Assembly (NCBI GenBank): GCA_046563655.1
Contig: CM102285.1
Location: 6,262,001-6,326,000, forward strand
Direction of reading: 5' to 3'
DNA from: Yuukianura sp. NJ FZ-2021
Taxonomy: Eukaryota
Length of the DNA stretch: 64,000 bases
This document shows, piece by piece, positions 50,964-61,263 of the stretch. The notes beneath the pieces are model-generated. The model saw only the letters and a list, made by a program, of their open reading frames with translations, did not search any database and was not told the DNA's origin. How positions within the stretch are numbered: the first letter of the stretch is position 1; each line of letters begins with the position of its first letter. A program made the translations under genes and the position numbers.

Positions 50964-53820
50964 TAGCTCTGGAACCGCTGGACCGATTTTCAATCTGTCT
51001 TTACAGATGAACTTGACCTGGTCCGGGGGTGAACAATCGGTGACCCACTTGACCGGAAGTAGACCCCTTAAGGGTCAAAGGTCAAGGTCAAATACATTTT
51101 TGACAGAAATCGGGAAAATGACCTATACGAAAGTTGTTCATCTTATCGAACTGAACAACTTTTGTATAGGTGACCTTGACCTTTGACCTGGGGTTCTGGA
51201 GATATAGACAGAAGTTGAATAATGGGGTCACTTATGATATTCGCGTTTATAACTCCAGAACCACTGGAGCGAATTCCAAACTGTTTTCACAGGTGAACTT
51301 GACACGGTCTGGGGGTGAACAATCGGTGACTCATTTGACCGGAAGTAGACCCCTTAAGGGTCAAAGGTCAAGGTCAAATACATTTTTGACAGAAATCGGG
51401 AAAATGACCTATACGAAAGTTGTTCATCTAATGGAACTGAACAACTTTTGTATAGGTGACCTTGACCTTTGACCTGGGGTTCTGGAGATATAGACCTTAG
51501 AAGTTGCATAATGGGGTCACTTATGATATTCGCGTTTATAACTCCAGAACCACTGGAGCGATTTCCAAACTGTTTTCACAGGTGAACTTGACACGGTCTG
51601 GGGGTGAACAATCGGTGACTCATTTGACCGGAAGTAGACCCCTTAAGGGTCAAAGGTCAAGGTCAAATACATTTTTGACAGAAATCGGGAAAATGACCTA
51701 TACGAAAGTTGTTCATCTAATGGAACTGAACAACTTTTGTATAGGTGACCTTGACCTTTGACCTGGGGTTCTGGAGATATAGACCTTAGAAGTTGCATAA
51801 TGGGGTCACTTATGATATTCGCGTTTATAACTCCAGAACCACTGGAGCGATTTCCAAACTGTTTTCACAGGTGAACTTGACACGGTCTGGGGGTGAACAA
51901 TCGGTGACTCATTTGACCGGAAGTAGACCCCTTAAGGGTCAAAGGTCAAGGTCAAATACATTTTTGACAGAAATCGGGAAAATGACCTATACGAAAGTTG
52001 TTCATCTTATCGAACTGAACAACTTTTGTATAGGTGACCTTGACCTTTGACCTGGGGTTCTGGAGATATAGACCTTAGAAGTTGAATAATGGGGTCACTT
52101 ATGATATTCGCGTTTATAACTCCAGAACCACTGGAGCGATTTCCAAACTGTTTTCACAGGTGAACTTGACACGGTCTGGGGGTGAACAATCGGTGACTCA
52201 TTTGACCGGAAGTACACCCCTTAAGGGTCAAAGGTCAAGGTCAAATACATTTATGACTGAAATCGGAAAAATGACCTTTACAAAACTTGTTCATCTTATT
52301 GAACTGAACAACTTTTGTATAGGTGACCTTGACCTTTGACCTGGGGTTCTGGAGATAAAGACCTTAGAATTTGCATAATGGGGTCACTTATGATATTCGC
52401 GTCTATAACTCCGGAACCACTGGAGCGATTTCCAATCTGTCTGCACAGGTGAACTTGACACGGTCTGGGGGTGAACAATCGGTGACTCATTTGACCGGAA
52501 GTAGACTCCTTAAGGGTCAAAGGTCAAGGTCAAATACATTTATGACTGAAATCGGAAAAATGACCTTTACAAAACTTGTTCATCTTATTGAACTGAACAA
52601 CTTTTGTATAGGTGACCTTGACCTTTGACCTGGGGTTCTGGAGATAAAGACCTTAGAATTTGCATAATGGGGTCACTTATGATATTCGCGTCTATAACTC
52701 CGGAACCACTGGAGCGATTTCCAATCTGTCTGCACAGGTGAACTTGACACGGTCTGGGGGTGAACAATCGGTGACTCATTTGACCGGAAGTAGACTCCTT
52801 AAGGGTCAAAGGTCAAGGTCAAATACATTTATGACTGAAATCGGAAAAATGACCTTTACAAAACTTGTTCATCTTATTGAACTGAACAACTTTTGTATAG
52901 GTGACCTTGACCTTTGACCTGGGGTTCTGGAGATAAAGACCTTAGAATTTGCATAATGGGGTCACTTATGATATTCGCGTCTATAACTCCGGAACCACTG
53001 GAGCGATTTCCAATCTGTCTGCACAGGTGAACTTGACACGGTCTGGGGGTGAACAATCGGTGACTCATTTGACCGGAAGTAGACTCCTTAAGGGTCAAAG
53101 GTCAAGGTCAAATACATTTATGACTGAAATCGGAAAAATGACCTTTACAAAACTTGTTCATCTTATTGAACTGAACAACTTTTGTATAGGTGACCTTGAC
53201 CTTTGACCTGGGGTTCTGGAGATAAAGACCTTAGAATTTGCATAATGGGGTCACTTATGATATTCGCGTCTATAACTCCGGAACCACTGGAGCGATTTCC
53301 AATCTGTCTGCACAGGTGAACTTGACACGGTCTGGGGGTGAACAATCGGTGGCTCATTTGACCGGAAGTAGACCCCTTCAAGGTCAAAGGTCAAAGTCAA
53401 GTACATTTATGACTGAAATCGGAAAAATGACCTTTACAAAAGTTGTTCATCTCATTGAACTGAACAACTTTTGTATAGGTGACCTTGACCTTTGACCTGG
53501 GGTTCTGGAGATAAAGACCTTAGAAGTTGCATAATGGGGTCACTTATGATATTCGCGTCTATAACTCCAGAACCACTGGAGCGATTTCCAATCTGGCTTC
53601 ACATTTACTCTTCACATGTTCCAGGGGTGTCTAATCAGCGTCCAGCTTGACCGGATGTTGTCCAGGCCTGGGTCAAAGGTCAAGGTCAAGTACTTTGTTG
53701 ACGGTAATCGAAAAGATGACCTCTACAAAAGTTGTTTATCTCATTGTGCTCAACAACTTTTTTGAAGGTGACCTTGACCTTTGATCTACGGTTCCAGAGA
53801 TACAGACGATAGAATTTACA
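50964..53820 (+). repeat. 289-bp tandem array, 9 full units plus a diverged tenth
   Basis: 289-bp period visible directly (unit markers at 51540, 51829, 52118, 52407, 52696, 52985, 53274, 53563); each unit has an internal hairpin. Confidence 0.97.
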
Positions 53821-53900
53821 AAATGGCGTCCCTCGTCCTACTCGGGGAAGTATGACCTACTTTATGTTTTCCCCCGAGTCTGTATGTCTGTCTGCATTAT
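53396..53900 (+). repeat. 505-bp direct repeat, copy 1 (copy 2 at 57101..57605), flanking the LINE
   Basis: GTCAAGTACATTTATG...TCTGCATTAT present on both sides of the LINE; appears identical by eye. Confidence 0.9.
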
Positions 53901-56900
53901 GTATGTATGTTTTTCAGAGGGATCTCTGGGTGCATTAGGCACAAAGAGGATCACGGCGATGAGGCGCACTATCGGGCCTATTTCGCTCTCTCCGTAACAC
54001 CAATTTAATTTCAGGGATTAACTCTCCCACCTCTAACTTTCGCTCTATTTAGTTGTCGGAGGAATTCCGTTAGTTCAGAGAGAGAAGTATTTTTAAGATC
54101 CTCTTTTCTCAAGAGGTATATCCCAAAAGCCTTGAGTCTTGGGTTCATGTGTGCCTCACATTCCATCAGTAGGTGATCGCGAGTCTCTTCCTTATATCCA
54201 CAGTGTGGACATAACGGCGATTCCGCGACTCCCATCCTGTGGAGGTGTTTGGCATATTGTCCATGTCCTGTGATCAATGCTGTAAGAGATTTTAGATCTG
54301 CTCTATTCAGTTTTAAGCAGTGTTTAGCATTTTTAGTACATATCGTTGTAAGTACTTTTTTGGAGTCTGTACATCCTTGTTGTGCTTGCCATCTTTTTGC
54401 ATGGCAGGTTCTGGCATAGTCCCTGATTTCAGTTACTATTGTACTGTATGGGATTGGTAATATCGGTTCTGGCCCGACAAATTTTGTGTAAGCAGCCGCC
54501 TTCGCTAAGCTGTCTACTATTTCGTTGCCTACATATCCACTGTGTGCTGGTATCCAGTTGACATTTACTGGGCATATCAAATTAATTTTGTTAAGAGTTC
54601 TGTGGGATTCGTGGATGAGGGTTGTACTCTCATCACTTTTGCCCATTAGGCTTTTCACAACTCCTTGGTTGTCTATGTATATTTCTACGAGTGTAATGTG
54701 CTTATATTCTGGTTTGTCTGCAGACAGTGTGTTTTCAAGCCAAGTGGCGGCTGAGAGTAGTGCGTACGCCTCAGCCTGAAAGACACTTGTTCTGTATCCA
54801 AGTGGATGGATTTCACTTTGGAGTATTGCGTTTCCATTGAGCACTACATAGGCAGCGCCAGCGGAGTTTATTTTTGATCCGTCGGTAAAGATCTGGAGAA
54901 CCTCAGCGCTACGCTTCGGCTCCCCGTCTCTTTCCCAGAGTTTACGGTTTTTTATTATTATATTGTATTTTGGTTCTGTTTTATTCATTATTTTTGTTTC
55001 GATTGGGAGCAGGAGAAGTGGAAGTTTATTTTTCCATTCCTCACATTGTTTTATGTGTGTATTTCTTTTCAGTAGCCCCATCGATTTCCATGGTAGCCAA
55101 TCTTTGTGTTCAATCAACCTTAGCATTGTTTTAATGCATAGTGTCATGATATGCAGATCAATTGGGCGTATGTCAATAATACACTCCATACTCGCAGTTG
55201 GTGTGGAACGCATTGCCCCTGTTATGTTGAGCAGTGCTCCCCTTTGCACCTTTTGCAATGTGGCTAATGTATTTTGTTTAGTCACTGCCGTCGCCCAGCA
55301 GACACACGCATGCGTGATCCTTGGTCGAACTATAGCAGTGTATATCCAGTGGCATATTTTGGGATTGAGACCCCAAGTTGGGGATATCGCTCTCTTACAC
55401 TGATGTAGAGTGATAGTTCCTGCAAGTGTTTTTGTCTTACAGTGTTTTGACCATGTCAGTTTTGAATCAAGCCATACACCAAGGTGCTTGACTACCTTGT
55501 TGTAAGGGATGCTTATACCATTCAGTTGTAGTTTAGAGTTTGGTATTTTTCTACTGTTTGTGAATAGTACGGCTTCGATTTTATTGGGGTTGATCCCCAA
55601 TCGTACCGTTTTGCACCATTTATCAACAGCGTTCAGACTTTGCTGCATTATGTTTATAAGGGTCGACATATCCTTACCACATTGTAGCAAGGAAACGTCA
55701 TCCGCAAACCCTTGCGTGTTTATCTGAGGGAATTTAATCTTTAGTATATACAGTAGTTCATCTAGAACCATATTCCACAGAAGTGGAGAAAGAACTCCCC
55801 CTTGTGGACATCCCTTCTGTACAGTCCTGCGTATAGTTTTTCCATTTAGTTCACTGTATACAGTTCTATTTGTTAACATTGACGATATCCATTTGATAAC
55901 CGTCTTGTTAATTTTGAATCGATCTAGTGCTTGGAGCATAGATTTGAATGTTGCTGCTGAGAACGCCCCCTCTATATCCAGGAACATGCCTAAAGCATGC
56001 TCACTGGATTTTAGTGAGCGCTCAATTCTGCCCACCAGGTTGTGCAGGGCAGAGTCGCAGCTACGTCCTTTAAGGTAGGCATATTGTCCATTTTGTTCTA
56101 GCTTGGCTACAACATCAGGTGTTTTTATATAATTATTTATCAGTTTTTCAATAACTTTTAAGAGGAATGATGTCAGTGTAATAGGCCTCCAGGATCCAAC
56201 TTTAGTGTAGCTGTCTTTTCCTGGTTTCGGTATGAAAACTACCCTAGCCACTATCCACAATCTTGGAGTGTATCCAAGTTGTAAACAGGCTCGGGCTATT
56301 AAGTTAAGATATTTTATCATTTTTAGTGGAGCTTTTTGTAGTAAAGCTGGAAATATATTGTCTGGCCCAGGGCTCTTGTACGCCTGGAAACTGTTTATGC
56401 ATGCTAGTATTTTTGAATCACTAACAATTTTGTCGATGGTCTCGGTGTCATGTGACGGTCCATCAGTACTGTAACTTATGCCCGCTAACTCACTTTGAGC
56501 AAGCGGGTCATTAGGAAAATGATGACTTAGGAGGCAATCTAAAGTTGCTTCTGGTGAGGCAGTATAACTACCATTCTCTAGCTGTATGGGACCCAAAGCT
56601 ATGACTCTGTCCCCAGCTAGTATTTTGGTTGCCCTGGAGGCCTGTGGAACTTTTTCCACTTGACTGCAATAGTCTCTCCAGGCTCTGCGCTTTTCGTTTC
56701 GCAGTTCTGCATTGTATTTATTGCGTGAATCCTGGTACAGCACCCAAGATTCGTATGAATAATTATTTTGTTGCGTTAAACGATGTAGCTTTCTGGAAGC
56801 TTTCCTCATTAATGTGAGGGTTGGCGTCCAATAGCTTTTCGTTGGTCCAGTTTTGCGTACCCGTTTTACCGGGCAGCTTCTTTCAAAGCATTTTGTTAGA

Positions 56901-57100
56901 ATTTCAGTGACAGTATTAACTGCCCTATCGGTTTGCTCAACATTTGTTGGTTGAGTCATTTCCACATTCTGAAGTTCCTCCTCAACTAAAAAGTTGTAGT
57001 AGTCAAATTCAGTTTTTCTTTTGTTTCGGTAAAATTCATTTTTGGGGCTTTCTAGACCAAGTTCCCATTTTATGTATCTATGGTCAGAGAATGGTCAGAG
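53901..57100 (-). mobile_element. 5'-truncated non-LTR retrotransposon with RNase H (LOA/R1/I group)
   Basis: (ACAT)n tail on the minus strand at 53901..53910; 5' end truncated at FSDHRYI, the last motif of the APE endonuclease. Confidence 0.9.
54011..56965 (-). CDS. LINE ORF2 fragment: reverse transcriptase, RNase H and CCHC finger (frame open up to ~57090)
   Basis: KSPGPDNI, WRPITLTS, FLDIEGAF, GCPQGGVLSPLLW, FADD; RNase H IFTDGSK, VFQAE, WIPAHSG..GNE..D; CPHC..ETRDHLLMEC. Confidence 0.95.
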   Translation of the reverse strand: MEMTQPTNVEQTDRAVNTVTEILTKCFERSCPVKRVRKTGPTKSYWTPTLTLMRKASRKLHRLTQQNNYSYESWVLYQDSRNKYNAELRNEKRRAWRDYCSQVEKVPQASRATKILAGDRVIALGPIQLENGSYTASPEATLDCLLSHHFPNDPLAQSELAGISYSTDGPSHDTETIDKIVSDSKILACINSFQAYKSPGPDNIFPALLQKAPLKMIKYLNLIARACLQLGYTPRLWIVARVVFIPKPGKDSYTKVGSWRPITLTSFLLKVIEKLINNYIKTPDVVAKLEQNGQYAYLKGRSCDSALHNLVGRIERSLKSSEHALGMFLDIEGAFSAATFKSMLQALDRFKINKTVIKWISSMLTNRTVYSELNGKTIRRTVQKGCPQGGVLSPLLWNMVLDELLYILKIKFPQINTQGFADDVSLLQCGKDMSTLINIMQQSLNAVDKWCKTVRLGINPNKIEAVLFTNSRKIPNSKLQLNGISIPYNKVVKHLGVWLDSKLTWSKHCKTKTLAGTITLHQCKRAISPTWGLNPKICHWIYTAIVRPRITHACVCWATAVTKQNTLATLQKVQRGALLNITGAMRSTPTASMECIIDIRPIDLHIMTLCIKTMLRLIEHKDWLPWKSMGLLKRNTHIKQCEEWKNKLPLLLLPIETKIMNKTEPKYNIIIKNRKLWERDGEPKRSAEVLQIFTDGSKINSAGAAYVVLNGNAILQSEIHPLGYRTSVFQAEAYALLSAATWLENTLSADKPEYKHITLVEIYIDNQGVVKSLMGKSDESTTLIHESHRTLNKINLICPVNVNWIPAHSGYVGNEIVDSLAKAAAYTKFVGPEPILPIPYSTIVTEIRDYARTCHAKRWQAQQGCTDSKKVLTTICTKNAKHCLKLNRADLKSLTALITGHGQYAKHLHRMGVAESPLCPHCGYKEETRDHLLMECEAHMNPRLKAFGIYLLRKEDLKNTSLSELTEFLRQLNRAKVRGGRVNP

Positions 57101-59047
57101 GTCAAGTACATTTATGACTGAAATCGGAAAAATGACCTTTACAAAAGTTGTTCATCTCATTGAACTGAACAACTTTTGTATAGGTGACCTTGACCTTTGA
57201 CCTGGGGTTCTGGAGATAAAGACCTTAGAAGTTGCATAATGGGGTCACTTATGATATTCGCGTCTATAACTCCAGAACCACTGGAGCGATTTCCAATCTG
57301 GCTTCACATTTACTCTTCACATGTTCCAGGGGTGTCTAATCAGCGTCCAGCTTGACCGGATGTTGTCCAGGCCTGGGTCAAAGGTCAAGGTCAAGTACTT
57401 TGTTGACGGTAATCGAAAAGATGACCTCTACAAAAGTTGTTTATCTCATTGTGCTCAACAACTTTTTTGAAGGTGACCTTGACCTTTGATCTACGGTTCC
57501 AGAGATACAGACGATAGAATTTACAAAATGGCGTCCCTCGTCCTACTCGGGGAAGTATGACCTACTTTATGTTTTCCCCCGAGTCTGTATGTCTGTCTGC
57601 ATTATAGCTATACCTCCAAAACCCCTGGACCGATTTGCAATCTGTTTTCACAAATCAGTATATGATAGCCCTGGGGTGATTAATACGGCTCCGGTTTGAC
57701 CGGAAGTCGACACTTTCCGGGATGTGTACTAGCTTCCTTTCGCTACTTACGTACGGCGTTTACAACGGTTTATTTTTGGCGCTCTTTTTGAAGCAGTGTT
57801 TGCTATTACTCAGAAAATTCTTTGTTTTGTTTTCAAAACAAAAACATAAAACAGAAAATTGACACGATTCTTGAATTACGTTTTTCACAGGTTTGGTTGG
57901 ATTCTTATGCAACTTTATAACCCCGCTCACCATAGCTCCTGCTATTAGTATGATTGGGCTTTCAATTTTTCAAGAAGTCACAAAGGAATCAATGAAAAAT
58001 CCGCAAGTGGCAGTTTCGTTAGTCAAAAAACTTAAAACTTAACCAAACTTGCAACTTAAACATTTTGCTGAAATTTTCTGAAACTTTTACTTATTTTCTT
58101 ATTTTAGAATGATCGCTTTCCTTGTTGTTCTTTTACAACATTTAAAAAATGTGAGGATTCCAAAATTGTGTGTTGAGAAAAAGGATCCAAAGAAAGCAGG
58201 ATTTCTAGTTTTTCAAGTTTTCCCGGTAAATATAACAAGTCAGCATTATTAATTAGTATTTCAACAGAAAAATCCAAGTCTGGTGATCAAAACAGTCATT
58301 TCGTTACTAATTTTTATAAAAACACGAATTTAATCAGGTAATCATTTCCTTATTGAGTGTTTGGGGAGTGTGTACAATTTTGACTATTACAAACGTGCTA
58401 CCTGAAGGAGATGCAGCCAGATCAGACGCAAAATTAAACATTCTGAAAGCCACTCCATGGTTTCGAGTTCCTTATCCATGTAATTTGAAAAAAGAATTCC
58501 CGGATTTCTCAAAATTTCAAAATTTTAACAACTTTTACGCTAATTCCTTAGTTCAATGGGGGGTGGCCGACTGTTGCTAATGGAGCTGTTATTGGTGTCC
58601 TCTGTGGTGTGATGACGTCAACAATTAAGACGCTCGGGGATTACTACTTCGCCTGTGCAACCATGACAAGTAAATCATCCATAAAATTGAAAGTTTTGAA
58701 TTTGCATTTTTGAATTTTGCGTTAGATTTGCCGACTCCTCCGAAGCATGCGCTGAACCGTGGGATTGTGATGCAGGGCATGGGTTGCGTGATGAGTGGTA
58801 TCATGGATTCTGGAAACGCATCAACTTCATATAGCAATAACATCGGAACACTCATAATGACACGCGTAGCTTCCAGAAGAGTTGTCCAAGTGGCGGGATT
58901 TATCATGATTTCGGTTTCACTTGTGGGAAAAGTTGGTGCTGTTTTCGTTGGAATCCCAGACCCTATTTTCGAAACAATGTTTTGGTACATTTGTCCCCTC
59001 GTAACAGCAGTTGGCATTGGAACTTTATCAGAAATCTGTTTGGAATC

Positions 59048-60405
59048 TATGGAGGGGCATTGACGACTCCAAATATAAATTAAATATAAATTATTTTTAT
59101 TTAATTAAAAAAAATTTTTTCCTAAATAAAAATTTTTTATTATAAAAAGAAATATTTTTCCAAAGAAATAAAGTTTTTTTTGGCAAAAAGGTTTTTTTTT
59201 GTAAAACAAAATTATATGCTGTAAACAGTTTTTTTTTATATTTATAAAAATATTTTCGTGTCTCAACGAAAAAAAAAGTTTTTTAATGAAGTCAAAAAAA
59301 TATTTTTAGTTCTGCACATTTCTTTTAATTTTGGACGACCACAATATTTTTGTTTACCACTGTGCTCAAAAAACATTTTAAAATAGAGCAAATCACGACG
59401 TCGTGATTTCTGTCTTGGTTGCTGTAAACAAGACGTACGCTTTTTGTAATCACAAAATCTAAATACATCCACATAGTTGCCTTCATTTTTTCATGCTGTC
59501 ATTTTAATTGTACTTATCATTAAGTCATTGTCACGAATCCCAAAGGCGCAAATGCAGTTCCCGCGACTGTAAAAAAGTCGAATGTTATGAGCGCGAAAAC
59601 CTCAAAATGAACTTAACTTAAACTAAATGGTATTAATTAATCTTTCCCAACATGAGTGAAAGTGAAAGTTAGCTAACCTGTAACCCAGACTCTAAAATTA
59701 GAAGTTAATTAATTAGAAATAAATAAGTTAGAATTCGGTTTTGGGTTAATTTTAAAATATGGGTTAGACAGGTTAAAGGTTAGCTATCTTTCACTTTCAT
59801 TCATGCCGGTTAAGCTTATTTAGTAAGATTTAGGTTAAGGTTAGATTAAGTTTTGAGATTTTCGCGCTCAATAACATTCGGCTAATTTACATTTGCGGGA
59901 ACTGTATTCGCACCTTTGGGTTTCGTAACATTGACTTAATTATAAGTACAATTAAAATGATAGCATGAAACAAGGAAGTAAAGTATGTGGATGTGTTCAG
60001 ATTGTGTGATTACAAAAAGCGTACGTCTTGTTTACAGCAACCAAGACAGAAATCACGACGTCGTGATTTGCTCTATTTTAAAAAGTTATTTTGAGCACAG
60101 TGGTAAGCAAAAATATTCTGGTCGGCCAAAATTAAAAAAGATGTACAGAACTAAAAATATTTTTTTGATTTCATTAAAAAACTTTTTTTTTTCGTTGAGA
60201 CACGAAAATATTTTTATAAATATAGAAATAAAACTGTTTACAGCATAAAATTTTGTTTTACAAAAACAAATACCTTTTGGCCAAAAAAAAACTTTATTTC
60301 TTTGGAAAAATATTTCTTTTTATAATAAAAATTTTTATTTAGGAAAAATTTTTTTTTAATTAAATAAAAATAATTTATATTTGGAGTCGTCAATGCCCCT
60401 CCATA
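59048..60405. mobile_element. 1.36-kb foldback element in an SLC23 exon
   Basis: TIR TATGGAGGGGCATTGACGACTCCAAATATAAATT; arms are inverted copies over ~650 bp. TSD GGAATC (or 4-bp GAAT if ends are CTATGG/CCATAG). Removal restores EICLESARNIFIF. Confidence 0.92.
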
Positions 60406-60954
60406 GGAATCTGCAAGAAACATTTTCATATTCAGCTTCGCTCTTTTTACTGGTCTTGTAAGCACTACGAGAAATTCTAAGAAAGGACAAAAAAGAATTT
60501 ACGTTTTTCTTGATTTCAGGCTGTTTCATTTTTTGCACAAGCGAATCCTGCTATCATCCTTACCGAAAGTCCTGGCTTAGATGCTTTGTTTCAGATTCTT
60601 CTGAGCACTCGAATGTTCACCTCCGGTGTTACTGGATTTATACTGGATAACACAATCGCTGGAACAGACAAAGAACGCGGACTTGTTCACAGGAAAGCTG
60701 TTGAAGCCGCTTCTATGATTTCCAGAGATACAACACATGACCTCCCTTTTGGAATGGGAATAATTAAAAGGTAAAGCCAAAAATTTGAAAACAACACCAC
60801 AAAATTTCTTCTTTCTTCTAAAAAAAACTTTGCAGGTTGTCTTTTTTGAAATGGCTGCCGATTTCCACAACTTATGAAAAGAGCATCTTTGACTTCTGGA
60901 AAAGCGACGATGAAGGAATAATAACCTAAGGTCAAGATCTGAAGTGGAATCAGC

Positions 60955-61129
60955 GGATCCAAGTGATTTGGCGAAAAAGTGAAGTGACCAAAAAGGAAAA
61001 GGCCAGAAAAAAAGGCCAAAAAGGAAAAAAAAACTCAGGTAACCTAACCTAAGGTCTTTCAAATTCTGGCCTTTTAATTTTTGGCCATTTCACTTTTGGC
61101 CAAATTTTTTTGGCCATTTCACCTGCTAC
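60955..61129. mobile_element. Short MULE-like MITE with GGCCAAAA subrepeats
   Basis: 9-bp TSD GGAATCAGC at 60946..60954 and 61130..61138; AACCTAACCT core; ends ...CCTGCTAC like the 48760 element. Confidence 0.75.
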
Positions 61130-61138
61130 GGAATCAGC

Positions 61139-61263
61139 TTAGCCGCAACAATACGAGTTGAACCTGCCTTCGTCACAGGGATTGGTGAAAATCCGTCTTA
61201 TGGCAGCAGGACACTGCGGATACCCAGAAGCGCATCCGGTGAAGAAGCATTGAGCCATACCGT
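61139..61263 (-). CDS. Possible terminal exon of a small six-cysteine peptide
   Basis: After a TTTGTAG acceptor one frame reads GMAQCFFTGCASGYPQCPAAIRRIFTNPCDEGRFNSYCCG*; upstream exon not identified. Confidence 0.35.

Larger units (their letters stand above)
50870..57774 (+). mobile_element. Non-autonomous Helentron/DINE-1-like element with central tandem repeats
   Basis: Subterminal inverted repeats AAGTAGGGAAAG (50870..50881) / CTTTCGCTACTT (57737..57748), 5' mini-hairpin, (GTCT)n microsatellite, 3' palindrome CGTTTACAACG and a T-rich site. Removal restores GAII-FGALFE in SLC23. Confidence 0.7.
50208..60929 (+). pseudogene. SLC23: SLC23 (nucleobase-ascorbate transporter) pseudogene with two exonic TE insertions
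   Basis: PPWYLCIFLGFQ|HYL, GSRLPIGQG, WQVRMREVQGAII, PLTIAP, PWFRVPYP, GDYY, STSYSNNIG..RVASRRV, ILDNTIAGT. Premature TGA at 50343, an extra G near 58560, and insertions at 50870 and 59048. Confidence 0.9.

Noticed and set aside
51170..53495. Repeated 85-aa and 74-aa ORFs
   Set aside because: By-products of the 289-bp repeat; non-ATG starts and no domain resemblance.
50964..53820. CRISPR-like or prokaryotic repeat array next to a reverse transcriptase
   Set aside because: Units are full-length tandem copies with no unique spacers, there are no cas genes, and the RT is a eukaryotic LINE ORF2 inserted secondarily.
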